Origin: Candidatus Methylomirabilis oxygeniifera
Lineage (GTDB): Bacteria > Methylomirabilota > Methylomirabilia > Methylomirabilales > Methylomirabilaceae
Direction of reading: 5' to 3'
DNA length: 32,000 bases
NCBI GenBank assembly: GCA_000091165.1
Contig: FP565575.1
Coordinates: forward strand, 2,250,001 to 2,282,000
Shown here: positions 8,524 to 18,933 of the stretch, piece by piece
Layout of the letters: each line of letters begins with the position of its first letter
Numbering within the stretch: position 1 is the stretch's first letter
Made by a program: the position numbers and the translations under genes
Notes under the pieces: generated by a model
Told to the model about the DNA's origin: nothing
Seen by the model: only the letters and a program-made list of their open reading frames with translations
The model's database searches: none

Positions 8524-10804
8524 TGCGCGGTTCAATGAGGACCTCACGCGGCCCACCCCCTTCGACGCGACTGACAATCCGCTCGTGCTCCATCTGCTCG
8601 ATCATGCGCGCCGCCCGGTTAAAGCCGATCCTGAGTCGCCGCTGAATCATCGAGATCGAGGCCTGACGGGTAGTAACGACCAGGTCAACCGCTTGCCGGT
8701 ACAGCTCGTCGTCTTCATTCCCGGATGATTCCAGCTCCTCTTCTGCCGGTAGCAGCGACCACGGAAACTCCTCGGCCTTCCCCTGCGCTTTCAGGAAATC
8801 GACGACGCGCTTGATCTCGATATCCGACACAAACGATCCGTGGATCCGATGCGGCTTTGAGCTCGAAGGCGGGATAAACAGCATATCGCCGTCACCCAAC
8901 AGTTGTTCGGCGCCGTTCATGTCGAGGATCGTTCGGGAATCCACCTTCGAGGAAACTTGAAAGGCGAGCCTGGCGGGGAAATTGGCCTTGATGATCCCGG
9001 TAATCACGTCGACCGAAGGACGCTGCGTGGCTACGATCAAATGGATGCCCACCGCCCGGGCCATCTGCGCCAGTCTGGCGATAGAGCGCTCGACGTCGGC
9101 GGCGGCGGTCAGCATCAGGTCGGCCAGTTCGTCGATGACTACCACCAGGTAGGGAAGCGGTTGAAACACCTCGCCGCCTCCTTCGCGTCTGGCGATCCGA
9201 ATCAGCCGGTTGTAACTGACAATATTCCTGGCGCCGAGCCTGGCAAACAGTTTGTACCGCCCTTCCATGTGGACGACGAGACGCTGAAGCCGCTTCGCCG
9301 CCTCCTTCGGATCACATACGACGCGTTCAGCCAGATGCGGAATCCCATCATAGATGGACAGCTCCACCCGCTTCGGATCGATCAGCAGTAAACGTATATT
9401 TTCTGCTGTGGCCTTATACAACAGGCTGACAATCAGCGCATTCAGGCATACACTCTTACCCGACCCTGTCGCCCCGGCGATAAGCAGGTGCGGCATCTGT
9501 CCCAGATCAACCACATAGGGCTCGCCGGCAATATCCTTCCCCAAAGCGAGAGGAAGGTGCGCGGCAGATCCCTCGAACACCCTGGATGCCAGCACCTCGC
9601 GCAGGTGCACGACGGCGCGACGGCGGTTTGGGATCTCTACACCGACTACCGCTTTCCCTGGAATCGGCGCCACAACGCGCACGCTGAGCGCCCGCAGGGC
9701 TAATGCCAGATCATCGGCCAATGCGACAATCCGATTGATCTTGATCCCCGGCCCGGGCTCGATCTCGTATCGGGTGATGACAGGCCCAGGCTGGGCCTGC
9801 GTGACCCTCCCTTCGACCCCGAAATCCAGCAGCTTGCGCTCAAGGATCGCTGCGTTGGCCTCCCGCTCCTCATCGGAGAGCCCGCCCTCCGATGAGGTCG
9901 GCAGATCGAGCAACGACAGCGGCGGGGTCTGAAACCCCTCTTTCGGAACCGCAAAAGGAAAGGACCCCTGGGGAGCAAGGTCATGAGTTGTCGATGGTCC
10001 AAGTTGGCGCAGGGGCGGTTCGTGAACTGTTCCTACCTCAACAGGCTCGACCACAACCGTGGCAGTCGGTCGGGTCTCAGCCCGAGACTCTTCCTCAGTG
10101 GGAGGGGTATAGGGCGGCCGGATTCGTCCCGGCAGTTGTGCCTTCGCCGCTCGCCGCTCCTTCACGCGGGCCGCCACCCGCTCGACCACATTCCGACACC
10201 CAACGGAGAGGCTCGAAAGCGGTCGACTGCTCAGACACACCACACCGAGCACGAAGGTTGTCAGCCCCAGCAACGGCAGCCCTACGCGGCCCACCAGCGG
10301 CCTGAAGATCCGATGCAGCTCCTCGCCGACAAAACCACCGGGGCGTTCCCAGGTTCGGTCTCCAGGCAGCCCCGTCCCGACGAGCAGTTGGGCCAGCAGC
10401 CCAAGACTGGCCAGGAGCAGCATGCACCCGACCAGCTTCCAGACAACACTAGGGGTCGTCTTCGCGCTGAGAAATCGCCGACTGAACAGGACAAGAAACA
10501 ATGGTAAGGCCAGCGCGCCGACTCCCAACAACTCCAGAAGATCGCCGGCAAGCTCCGCCCCCCATCGCCCCCCATAATTATGCACCTGATGCCCGGGACC
10601 GCCCCCGGAGTTAAAGAACGAGGGATCGAGGGAATTGTAGGACAGGAGACTTACCAGCAGAAAGAGGGCTGCAGCGATCCCGAGGATCCCCAACACCTCG
10701 TGCGTCTTGGGATGTGTGAGGATCTGGGTCTCCGGCGATCGATCTCCTCTGCGCGGCTCCTCATGGGTCGACATCGACTCCGGTACGCCTTCAGTCGCCA
10801 TCAC
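8510..10804 (-). CDS. ftsK: FtsK/SpoIIIE DNA translocase
   Basis: Four N-terminal TM segments, Walker A LIAGATGSGKSVCLNALI, LIDPKRVELS, VVIDELADLM, C-terminal winged-helix gamma domain (ASISMIQRRLRIGFNRAARMIEQME). Possible alternative start MSTHEEP at 10774. Confidence 0.95.
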   Translation of the reverse strand: MMATEGVPESMSTHEEPRRGDRSPETQILTHPKTHEVLGILGIAAALFLLVSLLSYNSLDPSFFNSGGGPGHQVHNYGGRWGAELAGDLLELLGVGALALPLFLVLFSRRFLSAKTTPSVVWKLVGCMLLLASLGLLAQLLVGTGLPGDRTWERPGGFVGEELHRIFRPLVGRVGLPLLGLTTFVLGVVCLSSRPLSSLSVGCRNVVERVAARVKERRAAKAQLPGRIRPPYTPPTEEESRAETRPTATVVVEPVEVGTVHEPPLRQLGPSTTHDLAPQGSFPFAVPKEGFQTPPLSLLDLPTSSEGGLSDEEREANAAILERKLLDFGVEGRVTQAQPGPVITRYEIEPGPGIKINRIVALADDLALALRALSVRVVAPIPGKAVVGVEIPNRRRAVVHLREVLASRVFEGSAAHLPLALGKDIAGEPYVVDLGQMPHLLIAGATGSGKSVCLNALIVSLLYKATAENIRLLLIDPKRVELSIYDGIPHLAERVVCDPKEAAKRLQRLVVHMEGRYKLFARLGARNIVSYNRLIRIARREGGGEVFQPLPYLVVVIDELADLMLTAAADVERSIARLAQMARAVGIHLIVATQRPSVDVITGIIKANFPARLAFQVSSKVDSRTILDMNGAEQLLGDGDMLFIPPSSSKPHRIHGSFVSDIEIKRVVDFLKAQGKAEEFPWSLLPAEEELESSGNEDDELYRQAVDLVVTTRQASISMIQRRLRIGFNRAARMIEQMEHERIVSRVEGGGPREVLIEPRNANP

Positions 10805-10816
10805 CCGCCTCCTTCA

Positions 10817-12481
10817 TTAGACCTCCATGATCACCGACAGGATCATGGGCCGCCGTTCGATCTCTTTCTGCAACTGTTTCCTGATCGCCGTCTTGATCCG
10901 TTGCTCTATGAGGCGCAAATCGGCCAGATCCTCCTCAGGGGCGCTTTCCAATACGGAGCACACCAGGGTTTTCATACTATCCGTGAGTGCCTTCGAATCC
11001 TGTGCATGGACAAACCCGCTATAGGCGATCCGGGGTTCCGTTACCAGCTTGCGGCAATGACGATCGACGGCAAGGACGACGATCACGACCCCCTCCTGCG
11101 CCAACCGCTGCCGGTCGCGAAGGACGGCGTCTCCGACATCGCCGATCCCCTTGCCATCGACGAAGATCCGACCGACGGGCGCCTTGCCTGCAATTCGGGC
11201 GCCGTCGCCGTCGAACTCCAGAATGTCGCCGTCCTCGATCACAAGGGTCCGGGCTTCCGGTACCCCGACCTCCCGCGCAAGCTGAGCGTGCAGGCGCAGG
11301 TGACGGTACTCTCCATGAATCGGCACAAAGAAGGTAGGACGAATCAGATTCAACATCAACTTCAACTCTTCCCGGCTGGCATGTCCCGAGACGTGGACCT
11401 CCGCCACCTCCTCGGTAATGACGCGGGCGCCCTGTCGATACAGGCCGTTAATCGTTCGAGCGATCGACCTCTCGTTGCCGGGAATGGCACGCGCCGAAAA
11501 GATGACGGTGTCGCCCGGCGATACCTGGACCTGTTTGTGCTCCGCGACAGCCATTCTGGCGATAGCAGAGAGCGGTTCGCCTTGGCTCCCGGTCGTCACG
11601 ATCACCCGCCGGCCGACCGGCAGCCGCTCCAGATCATCCAGACTGACAAGTGTGTCATCGGGAATACGGAGACGCCCCAGCTCCGCAGCGATCCGCGTAT
11701 TGGCCACCATACTTTTCCCGCACACCGCCACACGCTTGCCCATGGCGGCTGCCGCATCGAAGATCTGTTGGATACGATGGATGTTCGAGGCAAAACAGGC
11801 GACGATCACACGTCCCTGAGCGTCCCGAAAGATCGCATCGAGTGCCCGCCCTACCACCTGCTCCGATGGTGTAAATCCATCCCGACCCGCATTCGTGCTA
11901 TCCGAGAGCAAAGCCAGCACGCCGCCATCCCCAAGCTCGGCAAGCCGCCGGTAATCGGTCAGTTGGACATCCACCGGGCTCTGGTCGAACTTGAAATCGC
12001 CGGTATGCACAATCATGCCGCGGGGAGTCCCGATCGCCAGCGCCAGGCCGTCGGGGATACTGTGGCAGATCTGAAGGAACTCAACATTGAAGCAACCGAA
12101 CTGCAGGCAATCGCGGGGACGAACAGCCTTCAGATCGACATAGGGCAGGAGATTCGCTTCCTTCAGTTTTTCTGCCGCCAACCCCAGTGAGAGGCGCGTG
12201 CCATACACCGGAACCTTGATCTCATTCAACAGATACGGGAGCGCGCCGGTATGATCCTCGTGGCCGTGCGTAAGCAGCACCGCCCGTATCTGCGCCCGAC
12301 GCGCAAGCAGATAGCTCATATCGGGGATCACATGGTCGATCCCGAACATCTCCTCGTCCGGAAACATCAACCCGGCATCGATCACCAGCAGGTCGTCCTC
12401 CGTCTCGACGACCGTCATGTTCAATCCAATCTCCCCCAGGCCTCCCAGGGGAACGATTCGCACTATTCGGGTATCAGACAC
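10817..12481 (-). CDS. rnj: Ribonuclease J (metallo-beta-lactamase/beta-CASP)
   Basis: [84 protein letters not shown]; GTG start at 12481 overlapping the lon stop by 8 nt. Confidence 0.95.
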   Translation of the reverse strand: MSDTRIVRIVPLGGLGEIGLNMTVVETEDDLLVIDAGLMFPDEEMFGIDHVIPDMSYLLARRAQIRAVLLTHGHEDHTGALPYLLNEIKVPVYGTRLSLGLAAEKLKEANLLPYVDLKAVRPRDCLQFGCFNVEFLQICHSIPDGLALAIGTPRGMIVHTGDFKFDQSPVDVQLTDYRRLAELGDGGVLALLSDSTNAGRDGFTPSEQVVGRALDAIFRDAQGRVIVACFASNIHRIQQIFDAAAAMGKRVAVCGKSMVANTRIAAELGRLRIPDDTLVSLDDLERLPVGRRVIVTTGSQGEPLSAIARMAVAEHKQVQVSPGDTVIFSARAIPGNERSIARTINGLYRQGARVITEEVAEVHVSGHASREELKLMLNLIRPTFFVPIHGEYRHLRLHAQLAREVGVPEARTLVIEDGDILEFDGDGARIAGKAPVGRIFVDGKGIGDVGDAVLRDRQRLAQEGVVIVVLAVDRHCRKLVTEPRIAYSGFVHAQDSKALTDSMKTLVCSVLESAPEEDLADLRLIEQRIKTAIRKQLQKEIERRPMILSVIMEV

Positions 12482-15044
12482 CAGACTGCGTCTCCTGCGC
12501 AGAGGGCCTGCGGTTCAGGGGCCTTGGACGCGAAATCCCCCCAACCCCCCCTTTGCGAAAGGGGGGAAGGGGGGATTTGGCGCTGAGAGCCACCGCCAGG
12601 CGCCGTTTGGCCCGTGTACGCTTGGTCAAAGCGATTTCGAGTACCTGATCCATATGGTCCACAAACACAAACTCCATACCCCGTTTGACATTGGCAGGAA
12701 GCTCTTTGATGTCCTTGTCGTTGCGCGCCGGAACCACCACTGTGTGGATTCCCATTCTTCTCGCCGCCAACGCCTTTTCTTTGATCCCACCGATCGGCAA
12801 GACCTTGCCGCGAAGGGTCACCTCGCCGGTCATCGCCACGTCCCGTCTCACGGGGACCTTGGTCAGGGCGGACAGCAGCGCGACGGCCATCGTGATGCCG
12901 GCCGATGGACCATCCTTGGGGATCGCGCCGGCCGGAACGTGGACATGGATGTCATATTTGGTGAATACATCATCCTTGATCCCCAGATCGGCGGACCGCG
13001 ACCGCGCATAGCTCAGCGCGGCCTGAGCCGATTCCTTCATCACCTCACCCAGATGTCCCGTAAGAGAGAGGCTGCCCTTCCCGCGCAGGATACTGCACTC
13101 GATGTAGATGATGTCTCCACCTGTCTGTGTCCATGCGAGACCCGTCGCAACGCCGATCTCGTCCGCATCCTGTTCCGGATCGGCCAGAAACTTCGGCGCG
13201 CCCAGGAACCGTTGCAGGACCGCCGCAGTCACCTTGGTCTGCCCTTTTTGGCCTTCCGCCACAAGCCGGGCCACCTTCCGGCACACGGTGGCAACCTCAC
13301 GTTCCAGGTTTCGGAGCCCGGCCTCGCGGGTATATTCATTGATCATCTTCAGGATCGCCTCGTCGGTAATCAGCAGGCGCTTCTCGTCGATCCCGTGTTC
13401 CCGGTACTGCCTCGGAACCAGATAGCGCTTGGCGATATGGAGCTTCTCCTCCTCGGTGTACCCGGAGATATCGATGATCTCCAGCCGATCACGCAACGCC
13501 GAGATGATCGGATCGGCGAGGTTGGCCGTACAGATAAACATGACGTTGGAGAGATCAAAGGGGACGCCGAGGTAGTGATCACTGAAGCTGTAGTTCTGCT
13601 CCGGATCCAGCACCTCCAGCAGGGCCGAGGAGGGATCGCCCCGAAAATCGGTCCCGACCTTATCGACCTCGTCGATCATAAAGACGGGATTGTTCGACCC
13701 GGCCTGTTTGATCCCTTGAATGACGCGACCGGGCAGCGCCCCAATATACGTTCGCCGGTGACCCCGGATCTCCGCCTCATCGCGAACGCCGCCCAACGAG
13801 ATTCGAATAAACTTACGCCCCAGGGCGCGGGCGATGGAACGGCCGAGGGAGGTCTTGCCCACCCCCGGCGGGCCGACAAAGCAGAGGATCGGTCCCTTCA
13901 TCTTTTTCTTCAGCTTGCGGACGGCGAGATATTCGAGGATTCGCTCCTTGACCTTTTCCAGGTCGTAGTGGTCCTCATTGAGGATCTTCGATGCCTGCTT
14001 AATCGACAGTTTGTCCTTGGTCGGTCGACTCCAGGGCAGTTCGATCAACCAGTCAAGATAGGTTCGGATGACGGAGGCCTCCGCCGCATCGGGGTGCATC
14101 CGGCTGAGCCGCCCCAACTGCCCCTTCGCTTCGGACTCGACCGCTTCAGGCATCTTGGCCTTCCGGATCTTCTGCTCCAATTCCTGCAGTTCCTGGTTGC
14201 GGTCGTCGGTCTCGCCCAGCTCTTTCTGGATGGCTTTCAACTGCTCCCGGAGGTAATACTCCCGATGCGTCTTATCCATCTCCTCCCGAGCCTGGCTCTG
14301 AATTCGATGCTGCACCTCGAGCACCTCAAGCTCCTTGCTGAGCAACTCGCTGACCCGCTTCAGGCGCTGGGTCGGATCGAACAGCTCCAGTACCTCCTGG
14401 GCCTGCTCCATTTTCAGATCCAGGTGACTGGCTACAAGGTCGGCCAAACGGCCCGGGTGTTCGAGATTATTGATAATCACCACCACATCCGACGAGATCT
14501 GCTTGCCGAGGGCGACCCCTTTGCCGACCAGTTCCTTGACCGAACGAATCATCGCCTCCGCCTCAACGCCTGACGTGACCAGATCCGTCTCGGGGACTTC
14601 AGTGATCCTCGCCTCGAAATACGGCTCCCGTCGCTCAATCCCCACGACCTTCGCGCGGGAAAGACCCTGCACCAGTACCTTAACCCGCCCGTCCGGCATC
14701 TTAAGCATCCGCATGATCATCGCCACGGTTCCGACCGCATGAATCTCATCGGCGCCGGGATCCTCTTTCTCGGCATCCCGTTGCGCCACCAGCAAGATGA
14801 GGCGGTCCCTCGACAGCGATTCGTCGACTGCTCGAACCGATTTCTCCCGACCTATAAAGAGCGGCAAGATCATGAAGGGATAGATCACTACGTCTCGCAC
14901 CGGCAGGAGCGGGATCGTCTCAGGCACCTTTCGAGTCTGCGCCTCGGTCTTGGTCTCTGGGCTCTCGGCGTCGGGAGCCGACTGTTGCTCCGTACTTTCC
15001 ACCGTTGCTTCGATTGAACTCAGGACAGGCTTTTCATCCGCCAC
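12474..15044 (-). CDS. lon: ATP-dependent Lon protease with an atypical C-terminal extension
   Basis: [13 protein letters not shown]-like N-domain, [15 protein letters not shown] Walker A, catalytic block [20 protein letters not shown]; ends ...[48 protein letters not shown]. Confidence 0.97.
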   Translation of the reverse strand: MADEKPVLSSIEATVESTEQQSAPDAESPETKTEAQTRKVPETIPLLPVRDVVIYPFMILPLFIGREKSVRAVDESLSRDRLILLVAQRDAEKEDPGADEIHAVGTVAMIMRMLKMPDGRVKVLVQGLSRAKVVGIERREPYFEARITEVPETDLVTSGVEAEAMIRSVKELVGKGVALGKQISSDVVVIINNLEHPGRLADLVASHLDLKMEQAQEVLELFDPTQRLKRVSELLSKELEVLEVQHRIQSQAREEMDKTHREYYLREQLKAIQKELGETDDRNQELQELEQKIRKAKMPEAVESEAKGQLGRLSRMHPDAAEASVIRTYLDWLIELPWSRPTKDKLSIKQASKILNEDHYDLEKVKERILEYLAVRKLKKKMKGPILCFVGPPGVGKTSLGRSIARALGRKFIRISLGGVRDEAEIRGHRRTYIGALPGRVIQGIKQAGSNNPVFMIDEVDKVGTDFRGDPSSALLEVLDPEQNYSFSDHYLGVPFDLSNVMFICTANLADPIISALRDRLEIIDISGYTEEEKLHIAKRYLVPRQYREHGIDEKRLLITDEAILKMINEYTREAGLRNLEREVATVCRKVARLVAEGQKGQTKVTAAVLQRFLGAPKFLADPEQDADEIGVATGLAWTQTGGDIIYIECSILRGKGSLSLTGHLGEVMKESAQAALSYARSRSADLGIKDDVFTKYDIHVHVPAGAIPKDGPSAGITMAVALLSALTKVPVRRDVAMTGEVTLRGKVLPIGGIKEKALAARRMGIHTVVVPARNDKDIKELPANVKRGMEFVFVDHMDQVLEIALTKRTRAKRRLAVALSAKSPLPPFRKGGVGGISRPRPLNRRPSAQETQSGV
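12533..12578. repeat. 46-bp imperfect palindromic G/C-tract element within lon 3' end
   Basis: AAATCCCCCCAACCCCCCCTTTGCG / AAAGGGGGGAAGGGGGGATTT forms a long inverted repeat; opposite frame reads [15 protein letters not shown], the peptide typical of a widely dispersed intergenic palindrome family. Confidence 0.8.
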
Positions 15045-15090
15045 GGCTTTCAGTTCTCCTCTTTAGATCTTTCAGCAGCCTCGACAGGGC

Positions 15091-15996
15091 TCAGGACGGG
15101 TGTCGGTCCCGCTCTACCGGCGCGCCCACCTCATCCAGGCTGAGTGTTTTTAGGTACTCCCGCAATCCCGGCGCCAGATCCGGACGCTTCAGCGCAAACT
15201 GTACGGTCGCCTTCACAAAACCCAGCTTGCTCCCGGCATCATACCGGCGCCCGCGGAACGCGAGCCCATACATCGTTTGTGTGCTCAACAGCACTCGCAG
15301 ACCATTCGTAAGCTGAATCTCTCCGCCTTCGTCCGGAGGAGTCCGCTCAAGCGCCTCAAAGATTTCCGGCGTCAGGATGTAACGCCCGATGATGGCTAGG
15401 TTGGACGGAGCCGCCTCGGGAGTCGGCTTCTCTACCAGATCCAGGATCTGGTAGATCGAATCCGCTGCCGGCCTGGGATCGATGATCCCGTAACTGCCGG
15501 TTTCCTCCCTGCTGACCTGCTGCACAGCAATAATCGAGGACCGATATCGTTCAAACGCTGCAATCATCTGCGCCAAGCAGGGGACCTCGGCATCGATGAT
15601 ATCGTCGCCAAGCAGGACCGCAAAAGGCTCATTCCCCACAAGCGCCTTTGCGGTCAGAATCGCGTGCCCTAATCCGAGCGGCTCTTCCTGGCGGATGTAG
15701 CAAAACGACGCCAACTCGGAGATCTGCTCGATCTCCCGCAACTGCTCCGCCTTGCCCTGCCGCCCAAGCGCAATTTGCAGCTCGAGCGATCGGTCAAAAT
15801 GGTTCTCAATCGCATCCTTCCCCCGCCCGGTTACAATGATAATATCCTCGATCCCGGACGCCGCAGCTTCCTCCACCACATATTGGATCGTCGGCTTATC
15901 GACGATCGGCAGCATCTCTTTCGGCTGCGCCTTCGTTGCAGGGAGGAACCGCGTCCCCAGACCGGCGGCGGGTACAATGGCTTTACGAATTCGCAT
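15091..15996 (-). CDS. galU: UTP--glucose-1-phosphate uridylyltransferase
   Basis: MRIRKAIVPAAGLGTRFLPATKAQPKEMLPIVDKPTIQYVVEEAAASGIEDIIIVTGRGKDAIENHFDRS; GLGHAILTAKALVGNEPFAVLLGDDI. Confidence 0.96.
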   Translation of the reverse strand: MRIRKAIVPAAGLGTRFLPATKAQPKEMLPIVDKPTIQYVVEEAAASGIEDIIIVTGRGKDAIENHFDRSLELQIALGRQGKAEQLREIEQISELASFCYIRQEEPLGLGHAILTAKALVGNEPFAVLLGDDIIDAEVPCLAQMIAAFERYRSSIIAVQQVSREETGSYGIIDPRPAADSIYQILDLVEKPTPEAAPSNLAIIGRYILTPEIFEALERTPPDEGGEIQLTNGLRVLLSTQTMYGLAFRGRRYDAGSKLGFVKATVQFALKRPDLAPGLREYLKTLSLDEVGAPVERDRHPS

Positions 15997-16352
15997 TAGT
16001 TACGCCCATTCCGAACACACTCGAACGGTAAGAAGACGGTGGAGCCTTACGGCAAGATATTGGAGGGACCTGTGGGCGGGTCATACCTGCGCCGACCGCC
16101 ATAACACAACCGGCACTGAGGGTAGTGGGCATCATACCTAGGCGCATTCCTTTCTCGCCAAGGTGGACAAGAATGGGTGCTGGTAACCGACAACTCCACG
16201 ACCGGATTTCGCTCTCGCGAAAAATCCTCAGCTCCTTCGATGTATACGCCCTTTGGATGACCTTTAGTCGGTTCGTTTATACAGCATCTTTCAACATAAA
16301 GTCAAGCGCCGGAGGCTGGACCAACAGCAGTTCCGCACCCAGTGTCAGAGTA

Positions 16353-16400
16353 GGTCTTTTTTGTTGACAAAAGACCCTGCCTCAAGATACAAGAGGGTCT
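16353..16400. repeat. Overlapping alternative inverted repeats upstream of the ompA-like gene
   Basis: GGTCTTTT(16353-16360)/AAAAGACC(16369-16376) and AGACCCT(16372-16378)/AGGGTCT(16394-16400) share the middle segment. Confidence 0.6.
16364..16392 (+). promoter_or_regulatory. Candidate sigma70-type promoter for the OmpA-like lipoprotein
   Basis: Perfect -35 TTGACA (16364-16369), then 16-17 bp, then weak -10 GATACA/ATACAA (16386-16392). Confidence 0.4.
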
Positions 16401-16482
16401 CCCGCATGGTGTATCCTGACCACGCATACGAATGACACAACTGCAGCTATCACCAACCGTACAATCCGTAAAGGAGACGCGC

Positions 16483-17232
16483 ATGAAGAAATCCCTGGCT
16501 ACAATGGTGGTTGCGGCATTGTTCGTAACGGGCTGCGCCGCCCAGCGACCCTGGTATAACGCGCTCATTTGCTCAGTGGCTGGTGGTGCCGCCGGTGCCG
16601 CAATTGGGGCGGGCGCAGCGGGGGGAAGGGAAGCTGGGATAGGGGCGGGCGCCGGAGCAGTGGCGGGTGCGCTTCTCTGCGCAGCGCTGACTCCCCAGAC
16701 CGCTACTCCTGACGCTGATAGGGATGGCGTGCCGGACAGCGCTGATAGATGCCCGAATACACCGGCAGGCGTGAAGGTGGATGCGACCGGGTGTCCGCCG
16801 GACAGTGATGGAGATGGTGTGCCGGACTACAAAGACCAGTGCCCCGGCACTCCTTCGGGTGTAAAAGTGAATCGGCTCGGGTGCCCGGAGCGAAAAGCCA
16901 TCATCCTGAAAGGTGTCAACTTTGCTTTCAATTCTGCCGAGTTGACCACGGAATCTCTTACGATTTTGGACGGAGTTGCGGAGATTCTTAGTAAGCACCC
17001 GGACCTGAAGGTCACAATTGCCGGCCATACGGACAGCGTTGGCACGGCGGATTACAATAAGAAACTATCACAGCGGCGCGCCGAGTCAGTAAGGAACTAT
17101 CTGGCCTCCCATGGCGTGAATGCAGCCAAGCTCACCGCTGTGGGATTCGGGGAAGAACAGCCGATTGCCTCAAACGATGAGGCTGAAGGCCGCACGAAGA
17201 ATCGGCGAGTGGAGTTACAACCGCAAGAGTAA
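16483..17232 (+). CDS. OmpA-family lipoprotein with glycine-zipper and thrombospondin type-3 repeats
   Basis: RBS AAGGAG, signal/lipobox MKKSLATMVVAALFVTGC; DADRDGVPDSADRCPNTPAGVKVDATGCPPDSDGDGVPDYKDQCPGTPSGVKVNRLGCP; OmpA_C domain (VTIAGHTDSVGTADYNKKLSQRRAESVRNYLASHGV...NRRVELQ). Confidence 0.93.
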   Translation: MKKSLATMVVAALFVTGCAAQRPWYNALICSVAGGAAGAAIGAGAAGGREAGIGAGAGAVAGALLCAALTPQTATPDADRDGVPDSADRCPNTPAGVKVDATGCPPDSDGDGVPDYKDQCPGTPSGVKVNRLGCPERKAIILKGVNFAFNSAELTTESLTILDGVAEILSKHPDLKVTIAGHTDSVGTADYNKKLSQRRAESVRNYLASHGVNAAKLTAVGFGEEQPIASNDEAEGRTKNRRVELQPQE

Positions 17233-17234
17233 CT

Positions 17235-17285
17235 GGGTATCGGTATCGGCGAGGACGCGTCGCGTCCTCGCCGATACCGATACCC
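17235..17285. repeat. 51-bp perfect palindrome (25-bp arms, 1-nt centre)
   Basis: GGGTATCGGTATCGGCGAGGACGCG-T-CGCGTCCTCGCCGATACCGATACCC starts 2 bp after the stop codon at 17232; no T-tract follows. Confidence 0.95.
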
Positions 17286-17518
17286 GGATTCGACACGTGT
17301 TTCTGCGGAACCAGCTCTCCCGTCAGCCGGAGGGTCCTCTCACCCCTGAGCGCCTCGGCCTATTCCTGGATGTCCTCTGTTCTCATTGTTTGCGCAGCCC
17401 CCCTCAACCTTTTGCATCATAACCCACCCGTCATGATCGCAGCATGCAGGAACTCCTGCCCCTCACAACGCTCAACTTGACGCTTCGCACGTCTTTCTAG
17501 TATGCTTTCAGTGAGTTT

Positions 17519-18106
17519 ATGATTATCCGCGGTTATGCCTCACCTGAGAATGTATACGTCAAGAGGGGGCGCATCTTCCCATACGCCTGGCGCCTTAAGG
17601 GCGCCCTGGTTCTTATCGTATTCACACTCACAGCCTGCGCTTCTCGTCACGTCGCAAATGGCTTCCTGGTCGACGAGGATCGAGGGTTCAGGATTCCCCT
17701 GCTGAGCGATGACTGGCGGCAGCTCCAGGTCGAAGGGACCGAGCTGGCCTTCCAAGCTGATCCGGGCGGCCAGGTGGCCGCGCTGTTTGTCAGTTGTGAA
17801 GAGGGGCACCCGATGACCCTGCGAATGCTGGCCAGACGCCTGTTCTTTGGGATCAGCCCAAAACGGATAGTGGCCCAGAACGCCATCTCGCTGAACGGTA
17901 CGGAGGCGGTTCACACGGTGCTCACAGGGCGACTCAAAGAGACCGATGTGATGGTCAGCAGTTACGTTGCCACGGACGGCGAGTGTGCCTATGACCTGGT
18001 GTATGTAGCCTCTCCGGAGGTCTTTCAAGACCGGCTGCCGGAGTTTGAGCGGTTTGTCAAGGGTTGGGTCTTGACCGAGAAAGGCTCTGAATCCCAGGTG
18101 AAGTAA
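17519..18106 (+). CDS. Conserved-type lipoprotein upstream of the mla operon (unknown function)
   Basis: 195-aa ORF, hydrophobic segment with lipobox-like LKGALVLIVFTLTAC; coding continues into a globular domain; start codon uncertain; 40 bp upstream of mlaE. Confidence 0.75.
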   Translation: MIIRGYASPENVYVKRGRIFPYAWRLKGALVLIVFTLTACASRHVANGFLVDEDRGFRIPLLSDDWRQLQVEGTELAFQADPGGQVAALFVSCEEGHPMTLRMLARRLFFGISPKRIVAQNAISLNGTEAVHTVLTGRLKETDVMVSSYVATDGECAYDLVYVASPEVFQDRLPEFERFVKGWVLTEKGSESQVK

Positions 18107-18146
18107 CTAACGTTCCGAGTGTACGGAACGACGAGAAGGACATCCG

Positions 18147-18932
18147 GTGCGTAACGTAGCTGTAGCAGTTGGGGGCCAGTCGATTCGATTGCTCGAATTG
18201 TTGGGCGGGCTCTCGCAGCTTACGTATGATACTGTCTGCTGCGCCTGCACGCCTCCGTTCAACCCCCGTGAGCTCATCCGGCAAGTCGATCATATCGGGG
18301 TGAAGTCTATCTCGATCGCCGGCGTGGCTGCGGCTTTCACCGGCCTCGTCCTGGCATTGCAAACCGCATACGGTCTGAGCCGATTCGGAGCGAAGGCGTA
18401 TGTGGGGATTATCGTCTCACTCTCGATGGTCCGCGAATTGGGACCGGTTCTCACAGCCCTGCTGGTGGGGGGGCGGGTCGGCTCAGGGATCACCGCCGAG
18501 CTGGGATCGATGAAGGTCACGGAGCAGATCGATGCGATGCGGGCTATGGGGGCAAACCCGGTCAAAAAGCTGGTGGTACCCAGAGTGCTGAGCACAATGC
18601 TGGTCCTGCCGCTACTGACGGTCATGGCGGACATCCTGGGCATTCTGGGCGGCATGGTCATCTCCAAGTACGAGTTTCAGGTTGATTATCACTTCTACTA
18701 CAATACGGTAACTCGCAACCTGACGCTGGCTGATATTGTGAGCGGTCTGGGCAAGACAGTCGTCTTCGGCTTCATTATCGCCATCGTCGGCTGCTACAAG
18801 GGGCTTGCTACAGTGGGCGGCACAGAAGGCCTGGGCAAAGCCACAACCGCAACGGTTGTCACCTCGGCCATCGCTGTCATTATCTCGGATTTCTTTCTGA
18901 CAAAGTTCTTCTGGTGGCTGGAGGGCTGGTGA
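18147..18932 (+). CDS. mlaE: MlaE-family ABC transporter permease
   Basis: GTG start; RQVDHIGVKSISIAGVAAAFTGLVLALQTAYGLSRFGAKAYVGIIVSLSMVRELGPVLTALLVGGRVGSGITAELGSMKVTEQIDAMRAMG. Confidence 0.95.
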   Translation: MRNVAVAVGGQSIRLLELLGGLSQLTYDTVCCACTPPFNPRELIRQVDHIGVKSISIAGVAAAFTGLVLALQTAYGLSRFGAKAYVGIIVSLSMVRELGPVLTALLVGGRVGSGITAELGSMKVTEQIDAMRAMGANPVKKLVVPRVLSTMLVLPLLTVMADILGILGGMVISKYEFQVDYHFYYNTVTRNLTLADIVSGLGKTVVFGFIIAIVGCYKGLATVGGTEGLGKATTATVVTSAIAVIISDFFLTKFFWWLEGW

Positions 18933-18933
18933 G

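Noticed and set aside
10580-12190. 536-aa plus-strand ORF
   Set aside because: Antisense to RNase J and the ftsK 5' end; no domain-like sequence.
12417-14573. 718-aa plus-strand ORF
   Set aside because: Entirely antisense to the well-supported lon gene; composition-driven shadow ORF with no recognisable domain apart from the repeat-derived [15 protein letters not shown].
17477-17503. TTGACG...TAGTAT as promoter for the small lipoprotein
   Set aside because: Spacer is only 15 bp and the predicted TSS would be almost at the start codon; not strong enough to list.
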